A stretch of DNA of 64,000 nt from Nemertoderma westbladi (lineage: Eukaryota > Animalia > Xenacoelomorpha): the NCBI GenBank assembly GCA_032718475.1, contig JAUCBJ010004931.1:1-64000 (forward strand). The letters run 5' to 3'. Of the stretch, positions 1 through 14,054 are shown piece after piece. The notes under the pieces were generated by a model. That model ran no database searches. It was not told the DNA's origin and saw nothing but the letters and a program-made list of their open reading frames with translations. Position 1 is the first letter of the stretch. Each line of letters starts with the position of its first letter. Both the position numbers and the translations under genes were made by a program.

Positions 1-1035
1 TAGTAATTTCGAAACTCGACAAGGGTAATGGCGTCGTGGTTTTGGATCGCTCCGACTACAACCGCAAAATGGACGACATCCTCCAGGATTCCTCGAAGTT
101 TAAACTGTTGAATGACTATTGGTTAACAAGAGTTCTTCGACGAGAAGGACGTATTACTACCTACCTTCGTTCTCGTATGAACCTAGGAGTCCTAGATGAC
201 AAGACTTACCACCAAATCAGACCCAGGGGAAGCCGACTTGGAGTGCTTTGCGGTCTCGCTAAAGTACATTAAGATGGTGTCCCTCTAAGACCCATTCTTT
301 CAGCCACTAACGATCCGTCCTACAAACTAGCGAAATTCCTTGTCCCTATTATACAACCGTGTACCATAAGTGAATTTTCTGTAAAAGACTGATTTTCTTT
401 TGTCAATGGAATTTGTAATACAATACTCACTTCAATTCCCCGGTCCACTTTATGTAGTTTCGATGTCAAATCCCTTTTCACAAATATTCCCCTAGATGAA
501 ACCATAGAAATTATAGTTAATAACCTGTTTGATGAGCCACTTCCCCTTACGCGCCCTTTGAATTCCTTTACAGCCCTTAATTATGTACAAACTGCGCATG
601 GTTTCACCAGTAATCAGTTTAAAACCTTGTTAAAATTATCTGTCAAAGACTGTTGTTTTGTTTGTAATGATAAATTATATAATCAGATTGATGGCGTTGG
701 TATGGGGTCCCCCCTCGGCCCTGTATTAGCAAATGCGTTTTTAGCTCATTATGAACAGACCAGAGAAGCTGCCCATCCTCCTACTTGGCCGTACCATACG
801 ACACCTTGGGAAACGCATTGAGGAACACACTGTTAAGACCTGCCGCACGGGTAGGTTCTCTGTCCCTGAAGATTCCGCTATTTTTGACCATTCTATTTCC
901 TGTGACCACCCCATTCTTACTGATAATTTTAAAATTCTCGCAACTGGCAAATATATTCTAGAACTCAATATTAAAGAAACACTTTACACCCTCCCTTAAT
1001 GACCACACCACGTCCATTGAACTACTTATACTTTT
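1..1035 (+). mobile_element. Degenerate Penelope-like retroelement fragment (RT plus GIY-YIG endonuclease remnant), truncated by window start
   Basis: Peptides KLDKGNGVVVLDRSDY, GLAKVH*DGVPLRPILS, SFDVKSLFTNIPLDETI and QIDGVGMGSPLGPVLAN are typical PLE RT motifs. GRTIRHLGKRIEEH...SAIFDH...DNFKIL is a GIY-YIG C-terminal half. Stops are present and there is a large deletion between RT and endonuclease near 755. Confidence 0.85.
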
Positions 1036-1980
1036 AGTTATTCCCCCCCCCCCCCCCCCTCACGATCTGCTTGTCCAAGTCCCCCCCCCCCCCCCCCCCC
1101 CCCCTTTCATATTAGTCTAATATTTATGTTCAAATATTTCTTTCTTTTCTATTTTTCAAAATTTAATTATATTTCTTCAAAATTCAGTGCAATTATTTAT
1201 AATGTTATTTTATTATTGTCTATAACTACAGTAAAACCGGTAGCCTACCTACAGTACGTAAGCAGACAGTCTGATATGTGTTATATATTGTGTTTTCCAT
1301 TTATAATATATTATTACCTAAACCGGAGGAGCATGATCCAAGGATGGTCTTTTCTAACATATAAAACTAATACAGTAAAGGCGGTATTACTACGCGGGAA
1401 GGAGTACGTTACAAGGCCGTTTTTTTCTAATCAAAACAATAAACACGCTATCACAAACTATTTTCTCGTAGTTATAGTAAACATGTAAACACAGTCAATC
1501 TGTGTTATTATTATTTTTGTATTTTGATTCTGTGTTTTTTGTTTTGAATTACTAATTTTATTGCGAACTAATTATTTTTGGTAATAGATTAATTATTTTT
1601 GGAGGTATTTTAGTTATTTTTGGTGACAACCAAAACCGTTTGGTACCTACTCTAATATGGTATAAATGAAAAAATATAAAAAAGTAATTTTGGTGATATA
1701 AATATAAATTTTGTTTCGTAATTTATTTGGTGCGCTTGCGAATTAGCAATATTAGTTGATAGACGATAGCCAGACAGTCCTAAAACGCATAAAATAAATT
1801 GTGAAGGAATTAATCCAAAATATACCAGCTAATGAACATTTTAAACGCCAGGCTCTGGTGGGTGTAGTTACTTTGCACTGGTCAGTGGCCATAGAGAATA
1901 AAATACTTCACCCAGTGGCTTCTCATTGGAATGTTACCAAGTCCGACTCAAGTGAGATTACATCCATACCCTACATAGAT

Positions 1981-4900
1981 GCCCTACACTCCCACTCGAG
2001 ACATTGTCCTCCCCCTACACTCCCACTCCAGACATTGTCCTCCCATTCTCGGAACTACACTCCCACTCGAGACATTGTCCTCCCCCTACACTCCCACTCG
2101 AGACATTGTCCTCCCCCTACACTCCCACTCGAGACATTGTCCTCCCCCTACACTCCCACTCGAGACATTGTCCTCCCCCTACACTCCCACTCGAGACATT
2201 GTCCTCCCCCTACACTCCCACTCGAGACATTGTCCTCCCCCTACACTCCCACTCGAGACATTGTCCTCCCACCTACACTCCCACTCGAGACATTGTCCTC
2301 CCCCTACACTCCCACTCGAGACATTGTCCTCCCCCTACACTCCCACTCGAGACATTGTCCTCCCCCTACACTCCCACTCGAGACATTGTCCTCCCCCTAC
2401 ACTCCCACTCGAGACATTGTCCTCCCCCTACACTCCCACTCGAGACATTGTCCTCCCCCTACACTCCCACTCGAGACATTGTCCTCCCATTCTCGGAACT
2501 AGCCCTACACTCCCACTCGAGACATTGTCCTCCCCCTACACTCCCACTCGAGACATTGTCCTCCCATTCTCGGAACTAGCCCTACACTCCCACTCGAGAC
2601 ATTGTCCTCCCCCTACACTCCCACTCGAGACATTGTCCTCCCCCTACACTCCCACTCCAGACATTGTCCTCCCATTCTCGGAACTACACTCCCACTCGAG
2701 ACATTGTCCTCCCCCTACACTCCCACTCGAGACATTGTCCTCCCCCTACACTCCCACTCGAGACATTGTCCTCCCCCTACACTCCCACTCGAGACATTGT
2801 CCTCCCCTTACACTCCCACTCGAGACATTGTCCTCCCATTCTCGGAACTAGCCCTACACTCCCACTCGAGACATTGTCCTCCCCCTACACTCCCACTCCA
2901 GACATTGTCCTCCCATTCTCGGAACTACACTCCCACTCGAGACATTGTCCTCCCCCTACACTCCTACTCGAGACATTGTCCTCCCCCTACACCCCCACTC
3001 GAGACATTGTCCTCCCATTCTCGGAACTAGCCCTTCACTCCCACTCGAGACGTTGTCCTCCCCCTACACTCCCACTCGAGACATTGTCCTCCCCCTACAC
3101 TCCCACTACAGACATTGTCCTCCCATTCTCGGAACTACACTCCCACTCGAGACATTGTCCTCCCCCTACACTCCCACTCGAGACATTGTCCTCCCCCTAC
3201 ACTCCCACTCGAGACATTGTCCTCCCCCTATACTCCCACTCCAGACATTGTCCTCCCATTCTCGGAACTACACTCCCACTCGAGACATTGTCCTCCTCCT
3301 ACACTCCCACTCGAGACATTGTCCTCCCCCTACACTCCCACTCGAGACATTGTCCTCCCCTTACACTCCCACTCGAGACATTGTCCTCCCATTCTCGGAA
3401 CTAGCCCTACACTCCCACTCGAGACATTGTCCTCCCCCTACACTCCCACTCCAGACATTGTCCTCCCATTCTCGGAACTACACTCCCACTCGAGACATTG
3501 TCCTCCCCCTACACTCCTACTCGAGACATTGTCCCCCCCCCCCCTACACTCCCACTCGAGACATTGTCCTCCCCCTATACTCCCACTCCAGACATTGTCC
3601 TCCCATTCTCGGAACTACACTCCCACTCGAGACATTGTCCTCCCCCTACACTCCCACTCGAGACATTGTCCTCCCCCTACACTCCCACTCGAGACATTGT
3701 CCTCACACTACACTCCCACTCGAGACATTGTCCTCCCCCTACACTCCCACTCGAGACATTGTCCTCCCATTCTCGGAACTAGCCCTACACTCCCACTCGA
3801 GACATTGTCCTCCCCTTACACTCCCACTCGAGACATTGTCCTCCCATTCTCGGAACTAGCCCTACACTCCCACTCGAGACATTGTCCTCCCCCTACACTC
3901 CCACTCGAGACATTGTCCTCCCATTCTCGGAACTAGCCCTACACTCCCACTCGAGACATTGTCCTCCCCTCTACACTCCCACTCGAGACATTGTCCTCCC
4001 ATTCTCGGAACTACACTCCCACTCGAGACATTGTCCTCCCCCTACACTCCTACTCGAGACATTGTCCCCCCCCCCCTACACTCCCACTCGAGACATTGTC
4101 CTCCCCCTACACTCCCACTCGAGACATTGTCCTCCCATTCTCGGACTACACTCCCACTCGAGACATTGTCCTCCCCCTACACTCCCACTCGAGACATTGT
4201 CCTCCCCCTACACTCCCACTCCAGACATTGTCCTCCCATTCTCGGAACTACACTCCCACTCGAGACATTGTCCTCCCCCTACACTCCTACTCGAGACATT
4301 GTCCTCCCCCTACACTCCCACTCGAGACATTGTCCTCCCATTCTCGGAACTATCACTCCCACTCGAGACATTGTCCTCCCCCTACACTCCCACTCGAGAC
4401 ATTGTCCTCCCCCTACACTCCCACTCGAGACATTGTCCTCCACCACTACACTCCCACTCGAGACATTGTCCTCCCCCTACACTCCCACTCGAGACATTGT
4501 CCTCCCCCTACACTCCCACTCGAGACATTGTCCTCCCCCTATACTCCCACTCCAGACATTGTCCTCCCATTCTCGGAACTACACTCCCACTCGAGACATT
4601 GTCCTCCTCCTACACTCCCACTCGAGACATTGTCCTCCCCCTACACTCCCACTCGAGACATTGTCCTCCCCTTACACTCCCACTCGAGACATTGTCCTCC
4701 CATTCTCGGAACTAGCCCTACACTCCCACTCGAGACATTGTCCTCCCCCTACACTCCCACTCCAGACATTGTCCTCCCATTCTCGGAACTACACTCCCAC
4801 TCGAGACATTGTCCTCCCCCTACACTCCTACTCGAGACATTGTCCCCCCCCCCCTACACTCCCACTCGAGACATTGTCCTCCCCCTATACTCCCACTCCA

Positions 4901-7900
4901 GACATTGTCCTCCCATTCTCGGAACTACACTCCCACTCGAGACATTGTCCTCCCCCTACACTCCCACTCGAGACATTGTCCTCCCCCTACACTCCCACTC
5001 GAGACATTGTCCTCACACTACACTCCCACTCGAGACATTGTCCTCCCCTTACACTCCCACTCGAGACATTGTCCTCCCATTCTCGGAACTAGCCCTACAC
5101 TCCCACTCGAGACATTGTCCTCCCCTTACACTCCCACTCGAGACATTGTCCTCCCATTCTCGGAACTAGCCCTACACTCCCACTCGAGACATTGTCCTCC
5201 CCCTACACTCCCACTCGAGACATTGTCCTCCCATTCTCGGAACTAGCCCTACACTCCCACTCGAGACATTGTCCTCCCCCTACACTCCCACTCCAGACAT
5301 TGTCCTCCCATTCTCGGAACTACACTCCCACTCGAGACATTGTCCTCCCCCTACACTCCTACTCGAGACATTGTCCTCCCCCTACACCCCCACTCGAGAC
5401 ATTGTCCTCCCATTCTCGGAACTAGCCCTTCACTCCCACTCGAGACGTTGTCCTCCCCCTACACTCCCACTCGAGACATTGTCCTCCCCCTACACTCCCA
5501 CTACAGACATTGTCCTCCCATTCTCGGAACTACACTCCCACTCGAGACATTGTCCTCCCCCTACACTCCCACTCGAGACATTGTCCTCCCCCTACACTCC
5601 CACTCGAGACATTGTCCTCCCCCTATACTCCCACTCCAGACATTGTCCTCCCATTCTCGGAACTACACTCCCACTCGAGACATTGTCCTCCTCCTACACT
5701 CCCACTCGAGACATTGTCCTCCCCCTACACTCCCACTCGAGACATTGTCCTCCCCTTACACTCCCACTCGAGACATTGTCCTCCCATTCTCGGAACTAGC
5801 CCTACACTCCCACTCGAGACATTGTCCTCCCCCTACACTCCCACTCCAGACATTGTCCTCCCATTCTCGGAACTACACTCCCACTCGAGACATTGTCCTC
5901 CCCCTACACTCCTACTCGAGACATTGTCCCCCCCCCCCTACACTCCCACTCGAGACATTGTCCTCCCCCTATACTCCCACTCCAGACATTGTCCTCCCAT
6001 TCTCGGAACTACACTCCCACTCGAGACATTGTCCTCCCCCTACACTCCCACTCGAGACATTGTCCTCCCCCTACACTCCCACTCGAGACATTGTCCTCCC
6101 CCTACACTCCCACTCGAGACATTGTCCTCCCCCTACACTCCCACTCGAGACATTGTCCTCCCATTCTCGGAACTAGCCCTACACTCCCACTCGAGACATT
6201 GTCCTCCCCCTACACTCCCACTCGAGACATTGTCCTCCCATTCTCGGAACTAGCCCTACACTCCCACTCGAGACATTGTCCTCCCCCTACACTCCCACTC
6301 GAGACATTGTCCTCCCCCTACACTCCCACTCCAGACATTTTCCTCCCATTCTCGGAACTACACTCCCACTCGAGACATTGTCCTCCCCCTACACTCCCAC
6401 TCGAGACATTGTCCTCCCCCTACACTCCCACTCGAGACATTGTCCTCCCCCTACACTCCCACTCGAGACATTGTCCTCCCCTTACACTCCCACTCGAGAC
6501 ATTGTCCTCCCATTCTCGGAACTAGCCCTACACTCCCACTCGAGACATTGTCCTCCCCCTACACTCCCACTCCAGACATTGTCCTCCCATTCTCGGAACT
6601 ACACTCCCACTCGAGACATTGTCCTCCCCCTACACTCCTACTCGAGACATTGTCCTCCCCCTACACCCCCACTCGAGACATTGTCCTCCCATTCTCGGAA
6701 CTAGCCCTTCACTCCCACTCGAGACGTTGTCCTCCCCCTACACTCCCACTCGAGACATTGTCCTCCCCCTACACTCCCACTACAGACATTGTCCTCCCAT
6801 TCTCGGAACTACACTCCCACTCGAGACATTGTCCTCCCCCTACACTCCCACTCGAGACATTGTCCTCCCCCTACACTCCCACTCGAGACATTGTCCTCCC
6901 CCTATACTCCCACTCCAGACATTGTCCTCCCATTCTCGGAACTACACTCCCACTCGAGACATTGTCCTCCTCCTACACTCCCACTCGAGACATTGTCCTC
7001 CCCCTACACTCCCACTCGAGACATTGTCCTCCCCTTACACTCCCACTCGAGACATTGTCCTCCCATTCTCGGAACTAGCCCTACACTCCCACTCGAGACA
7101 TTGTCCTCCCCCTACACTCCCACTCCAGACATTGTCCTCCCATTCTCGGAACTACACTCCCACTCGAGACATTGTCCTCCCCCTACACTCCTACTCGAGA
7201 CATTGTCCCCCCCCCCCTACACTCCCACTCGAGACATTGTCCTCCCCCTATACTCCCACTCCAGACATTGTCCTCCCATTCTCGGAACTACACTCCCACT
7301 CGAGACATTGTCCTCCCCCTACACTCCCACTCGAGACATTGTCCTCCCCCTACACTCCCACTCGAGACATTGTCCTCACACTACACTCCCACTCGAGACA
7401 TTGTCCTCCCCTTACACTCCCACTCGAGACATTGTCCTCCCATTCTCGGAACTAGCCCTACACTCCCACTCGAGACATTGTCCTCCCCTTACACTCCCAC
7501 TCGAGACATTGTCCTCCCATTCTCGGAACTAGCCCTACACTCCCACTCGAGACATTGTCCTCCCCCTACACTCCCACTCGAGACATTGTCCTCCCATTCT
7601 CGGAACTAGCCCTACACTCCCACTCGAGACATTGTCCTCCCCTTACACTCCCACTCGAGACATTGTCCTCCCATTCTCGGAACTAGCCCTACACTCCCAC
7701 TCGAGACATTGTCCTCCCCCTACACTCCTACTCGAGACATTGTCCCCCCCCCCCCTACACTCCCACTCGAGACATTGTCCTCCCCCTATACTCCCACTCC
7801 AGACATTGTCCTCCCATTCTCGGAACTACACTCCCACTCGAGACATTGTCCTCCCCCTACACTCCCACTCGAGACATTGTCCTCCCCCTACACTCCCACT

Positions 7901-8673
7901 CGAGACATTGTCCTCCCACTACACTCCCACTCGAGACATTGTCCTCCCCTTACACTCCCACTCGAGACATTGTCCTCCCATTCTCGGAACTAGCCCTACA
8001 CTCCCACTCGAGACATTGTCCTCCCCTTACACTCCCACTCGAGACATTGTCCTCCCATTCTCGGAACTAGCCCTACACTCCCACTCGAGACATTGTCCTC
8101 CCCCTACACTCCCACTCGAGACATTGTCCTCCCATTCTCGGAACTAGCCCTTCACTCCCACTCGAGACGTTGTCCTCCCCATACACTCCCACTCGAGACA
8201 TTGTCCTCCCCCTACACTCCCACTCCAGACATTGTCCTCCCATTCTCGGAACTACACTCCCACTCGAGACATTGTCCTCCCCCTACACTCCCACTCGAGA
8301 CATTGTCCTGCCCCTACACTCCCACTCGAGACATTGTCCTCCCCCTATACTCCCACTGCAGACATTGTCCTCCCATTCTCGGAACTACACTCCCACTCGA
8401 GACATTGTCCTCCCCCTACACTCCCACTCGAGACATTGTCCTCCCCCTACACTCCCACTCGAGACATTGTCCTCCCATTCTCGGAACTAGCCCTACACTC
8501 CCACTCGAGACATTGTCCTCCCCCTACACTCCCACTCGAGACATTGTCCTCCCCCTACACTCCCACTCGAGACATTGTCCTCCCATTCTCGGAACTAGCC
8601 CTACACTCCCACTCGAGACATTGTCCTCCCCCTACACTCCCACTCGAGACATTGTCCTCCCATTCTCGGAACT
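1981..8673. repeat. 6.7-kb C-rich minisatellite, 31-bp core CTACACTCCCACTCGAGACATTGTCCTCCCC with 40- and 46-bp variants and higher-order repeats
   Basis: Directly visible tandem units; variants add ATTCTCGGAA or ATTCTCGGAACTAGCC. Diagnostic variants recur at offsets of 2395 and 1279 bp (ORF starts 2945/5340/6619). Confidence 0.97.
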
Positions 8674-9745
8674 ATTTTCTCTCAACTTTCTCTCACCTTA
8701 TTCCATCCTACTGAGAATATTCTGATTAAGTGAAGCTTTTGTTGCCAATTTATCCGTCGCAGCATGCACCGCACCCTCTGGCAATTCTTAAATAATCATT
8801 GACTTTTAATTAATTTTATGGGAAACAGAATGGGCCAGTACAAGTAACAACCTGGGCTAAGCCTAAGGCACCGAGAGAATTACTCAGATTGTAATGGGGA
8901 GGGTGTGAGGGGACTTTCGACGCAATACAAATTCATTCCTCTCCTGGGGAAAATCGATGCAATTAACAGCTGATTACTACCAAATATAAAACTGTAAATT
9001 AACTTTCGTGTATTGTATTGGTTTGAAGAACGTGCCACTGAAACCTGTTCCTTTCCCTTAGTTGGTAATTTTACATTGAGGCGAAATATTAATTCGCATA
9101 GAAGGGATTTGCGTCGAGTTTCCAACCCTATCCAGGCACCCCACTGCTGCGTTTTAATTTTGAGTGGGATGTCTCACCCTATCTCCAATTACGAGGAACA
9201 CAATCATAATAAATGTAATAACAATTCGTCTTTACAATGAATATTGTAAATAACTATTTAAACATTTGTTATAGAAATGTAAAAATGTAAGGCAGTGTGA
9301 ATGGGATTAAATAGTTATTAACAAAAGATTATCAAAAAATATATTGTAAATCACTACAAAATATAACTTAAAGAAACATAAAATATTCACTTGTAAAAAT
9401 GTAAGTCAGTAAATACGAATAATCAAGAACATTGGCCTGTAACAACAGAATCTAAGTAAGAAACTGTCACACAAAAATGCAATTACGATATACATCAATC
9501 AAGTTGTCAAATATTAAAAATAAAAGATATGAACAAATAATTATTACAGACAAAACGGATTAAACGTCTACCAGCTGTGTAAACAGCGGAAATAAAGGAA
9601 TTAAAGATTGGAAAATGGCAGGGGATACAGCCTGATACTTTGTGAAATATCCTGTGTCTGAGTCTGTACCAGTCTGTACTCACAGATATATGGATTTTCT
9701 GCATGTGTCGTAAACCATCATATTCATATTCATATTCATAATCAC

Positions 9746-10455
9746 ATTTAATTATTAATTAAATATTTAAATTAATTATTAATTAAATATTTAAATTAAT
9801 TATTAATTAAATATTTAAATTAATTATTAATTAAATATTTAAATTAATTATTAATTAAATATATAAATTAATTATTAATTAAATATTTAAATTAATTATT
9901 AATTAAATATATAAATTAATTATTAATTAAATATTTAAATTAATTATTAATTAAATATTTAAATTAATTATTAATTAAATATTTAACTTAATTATTAATT
10001 AAATATTTAAATTAATTATTAATTAAATATTTAAATTAATTATTAATTAAATATTTAAATTAATTATTAATTAAATATTTAAATTAATTATTAATTAAAT
10101 ATTTAAATTAATTATTAATTAAATATTTAAATTAATTATTAATTAAATATTTAAATTAATTATTAATTAAATATTTAAATTAATTATTAATTAAATATTT
10201 AAATTAATTATTAATGAAATATTTAAATTAATTATTAATTAAATATTTAAATTAATTATTAATTAAATATTTAAATTAATTATTAATTAAATATCTAAAT
10301 TAATTATTAATTAAATATTTAAATTAATTATTAATTAAATATTTAAATTAATTATTAATTAAATATTTAAATTAATTATTAATTAAATACCTAAATTAAT
10401 TATTAATTAAATATTTAAATTAATTATTAATTAAATATTTAAATTATTTAAATAT
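9746..10455. repeat. Nearly pure A/T 24-bp tandem repeat (AATTAAATATTTAAATTAATTATT)n
   Basis: 24-bp period visible over about 700 bp with only rare substitutions. Confidence 0.95.
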
Positions 10456-10795
10456 TTTAAATTAATCATTATTTAAATATTAAATATTTAATCTTTTAAA
10501 AGCTGTATTAACATATAAGCTGCTTTAACAGTAAATTTTTGCCAGCGATCACCTTGTAACCACGGCGCATGTTGCTTAGTGACCGTGTTTGAAACACGGC
10601 CCCTTTTATAATGCATATATAATTAACGACAGCACCAGTCTTCCGGTAGCTTCATCCTTCATCATCCACTGAGAATCTATAGAACGTTTCGACTTTAAGG
10701 ACATTACGAAGGATTCTAATATTTTTCCTATAATTGCGGTTTTACTCCAAATTTTTTTGTACATTTTACTTTTGTGTCTCGAAACTGCAATTTAA

Positions 10796-11731
10796 CCCTA
10801 TTAAACCCGGGGGGGGGGGGGGGGGTCAATATGACCCCCCGTGGTTTTTTGTTATATCTCTGAAACAAACGCAGTTGGGAATCTGAAATTTTATGACTTT
10901 TACGAAAAATCTATTGTCTTCCTAATAGTAAATGAACATTTTTTAACTCTACTTTTGGCACTTTTTTTGAGACGTTTTTTGAAAAATACATTTCATGAAT
11001 TATGATTTGTAATATCTCTATTGATGATTTACACCGGTTTTTTGCTGTTTGCAATAAGATGAACTCATATAAATTAATATAAAAATTTCAAACTTGCTTT
11101 TATCGGCGGGTGTCAAATTTTGGTGCTAGCACCAAACTTTGAAATTCTGTCAATTTTGTAAATTGATTGATTGTTTGAACCTATTTTTTACGCAATAGGG
11201 GTTTTTTGGGGTTCTGGTTTCGATGGAATATATACGAGTTGTACCATGCGTATCAAACTTGTATTTTTCTATGCTGTTTGGTATGATTTTTCGAATCCAT
11301 ACAATAGTTAAATTGCTTGTGACATCTTATTTCTTGCGTTTTAGAGGTTTATGGCGGTTCTGAATTCAATGGAATAAATAAGTATTTAACTAGACATCTC
11401 AAACTTGTATTTTTCGGAAGTGGGTGCAAAATTTGGTGCAACACCAAATTTTGATAACCATCAAATATATCAATTTATTGATTGTGTCTCATCTTGTTTC
11501 ATGCGTTATACGGGTTTATGAGGGACCTGAATCCGATGGAATCAATAAAAACAGCACTGGACACCTCAAACTTGTACTTTATGGTGATGGGTTCAAAATT
11601 TGGTGCTAGCACTAAAATTTGCCTTATTACGCCGAAAAATACGAGTAGCAATGATCTGGCAAATTAAAAATGTATTTATTAGAATTAGCGCCCCAGAAAA
11701 CCTGAAAATGTGAATTTATAGCATCGTATAA
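10796..11731. mobile_element. Probable left part of a non-autonomous TTAA-targeting (piggyBac-like) DNA element, interrupted at 11732
   Basis: TTAA|CCCTATTAAACCCGG(G)n start; internal repeats AAACTTG...AATTTGGTGC...CACCAAA near 11090, 11400 and 11570. No clear right TIR found. Confidence 0.35.
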
Positions 11732-12347
11732 CCCTGCAAACCACCAACGTTAATCTAACGTTGGGTTTATGTTAGACATTCGTTAAAAAATGACAGTTAG
11801 AATTTAACCATAAACCTACGTTAAAATACGTTAGATTTCTGTCAATTTTTAACGTTAATTTTTACAGTAATTATACGTCAAAAATTGACAAATATCGGAC
11901 AATACCATATTTTTTAACGTTACTTTAACGTTAATTTTTAACGTTAATTTTTTACAGTAATTATACGTCAAAAATCAACAGAGATCTGACATTTCCAAAT
12001 TTTTTAACGTTGATTTAACGTTAATTTTTAACGTTTATTATTCATCAATGGATAACATATCTATGTCTAGCTGACCATCCGCTGACTTTGTTCATTTTTC
12101 TTATTTTGTTAATTTAGTTTAGTGTTACTTTGGTAATTTTTTAAATATTATTTTTAAATATTTGCCTTACTAGTCAGCATCTGTGTACCAGTACCAAGCG
12201 TACAGTATAAAAGTACAGTAAGTAAGCGTACAGTAGAAAAAGGGTGGAAAGAAGGATCTAGAAGATGCTAGTGGGGCTGAAGCCGATAGCGAAGATGAAT
12301 GAATATTATATATCGATAAAAACGTGGCCCTAATTACGTTACGGATA

Positions 12348-13604
12348 ATTTTATGACACTGGATGTACGTTTCGGTTAACTTTATGAAAGTGGATGTACG
12401 TTTCGGTTAACTTTATGAAACTGGATGTACGTTTCGGTTAACTTTATGAAACTGGATGTACGTTTCGGTTAACTTTATGAAAGTGGATGTACGTTTCGGT
12501 TAACTTTATGAAACTGGATGTACGTTTCGGTTAACTTTATGAAACTGGATGTACGTTTCGGTTAACTTTATGAAACTGGATGTACGTTTCGGTTAACTTT
12601 ATGAAACTGGATGTACGTTTCGGTTAACTTTATGAAACTGGATGTACGTTTCGGTTAACTTTATGAAACTGGATGTACGTTTCGGTTAACTTTATGAAAG
12701 TGGATGTACGTTTCGGTTAACTTTATGAAACTGGATGTACGTTTCGGTTAACTTTATGAAACTGGATGTACGTTTCGGTTAACTTTATGAAACTGGATGT
12801 ACGTTTCGGTTAACTTTATGAAACTGGATGTACGTTTCGGTTAACTTTATGAAACTGGATGTACGTTTCGGTTAACTTTATGAAACTGGATGTACGTTTC
12901 GGTTAACTTTATGAAACTGGATGTACGTTTCGGTTAACTTTATGAAACTGGATGTACGTTTCGGTTAACTTTATGAAACTGGATGTACGTTTCGGTTAAC
13001 TTTATGAAACTGGATGTACGTTTCGGTTAACTTTATGAAAGTGGATGTACGTTTCGGTTAACTTTATGAAACTGGATGTACGTTTCGGTTAACTTTATGA
13101 AACTGGATGTACGTTTCGGTTAACTTTATGAAACTGGATGTACGTTTCGGTTAACTTTATGAAACTGGATGTACGTTTCGGTTAACTTTATGAAACTGGA
13201 TGTACGTTTCGGTTTACTTTATGAAACTGGATGTACGTTTCGGTTAACTTTATGAAACTGGATGTACGTTTCGGTTAACTTTATGAAACTGGATGTACGT
13301 TTCGGTTAACTTTATTAAAGTGGATATACGTTTCGGTTAACGTTATGAAAGTGGATGTTCGTTTCGGTTAACTTTATGAAACTGAATGTACGTTTCGGTT
13401 AACTTTATGAAACTGGATGTACGTTTCGGTTAACTTTATGAAAGTGGATGTACGTTTCGGTTAACGTTATGAAAGTGGATGTACGTTTCGGTTAACTTTA
13501 TGAAACTGGATGTACGTTTCGGTTAACTTTATGAAACTGGATGTACGTTTCGGTTAACTTTATGAAACTGGATGTACGTTTAGGTTAACTTTATGAAACG
13601 GATG
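12348..13604. repeat. 31-bp minisatellite (GGATGTACGTTTCGGTTAACTTTATGAAACT), about 40 copies
   Basis: Highly homogeneous tandem units seen directly. Confidence 0.97.
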
Positions 13605-14054
13605 AGTCCGGTAGCAACCTACGGGTCTCTGAACTATAGATCTAAGCCTAGCCTCCCATTGATTAATAAAAATTCCACACATTTCCAATTCCGAATTCCA
13701 AAAATTTCACATTTCTAAAGCCTACTTTATAGTGTTATAGAAATTAAATTCAGAATTTCATACAAGAAAAAATCATACATAATTATTGATTTTTTCATTG
13801 ATCAATTACACGAGATTATGAATTTAAGCTTCTGGTTTTAACACTTGAATTTGTTCAAAATTACATTTCACTGTATGTAACTGGCAATTTGAAAATCTAT
13901 CGTAATGTGATAATAACGTGTATTATATTAATATTATATCTAATACATAATTAAAATGTATACATAATTATTATATGTAATATTGATTAATCATAAGTAA
14001 TGTATTAATTGTGAGTTAATACAATATAATTTTGTCAATATTAAATGGCAAAGT

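Noticed and set aside
1126-1488. 120-aa hydrophobic ORF (and the similar one at 28265-28549)
   Set aside because: AT-rich chance ORFs with F/I/Y/K bias and no recognisable motifs.
1801-8725. Dozens of long Pro/His-rich ORFs
   Set aside because: By-product of a stop-poor satellite; they occur in all three + frames with no unique domain.
8895-9145. MITE with TCGACGCAA inverted repeats
   Set aside because: Inverted similarity is too short and degenerate, and no TSD is identifiable.
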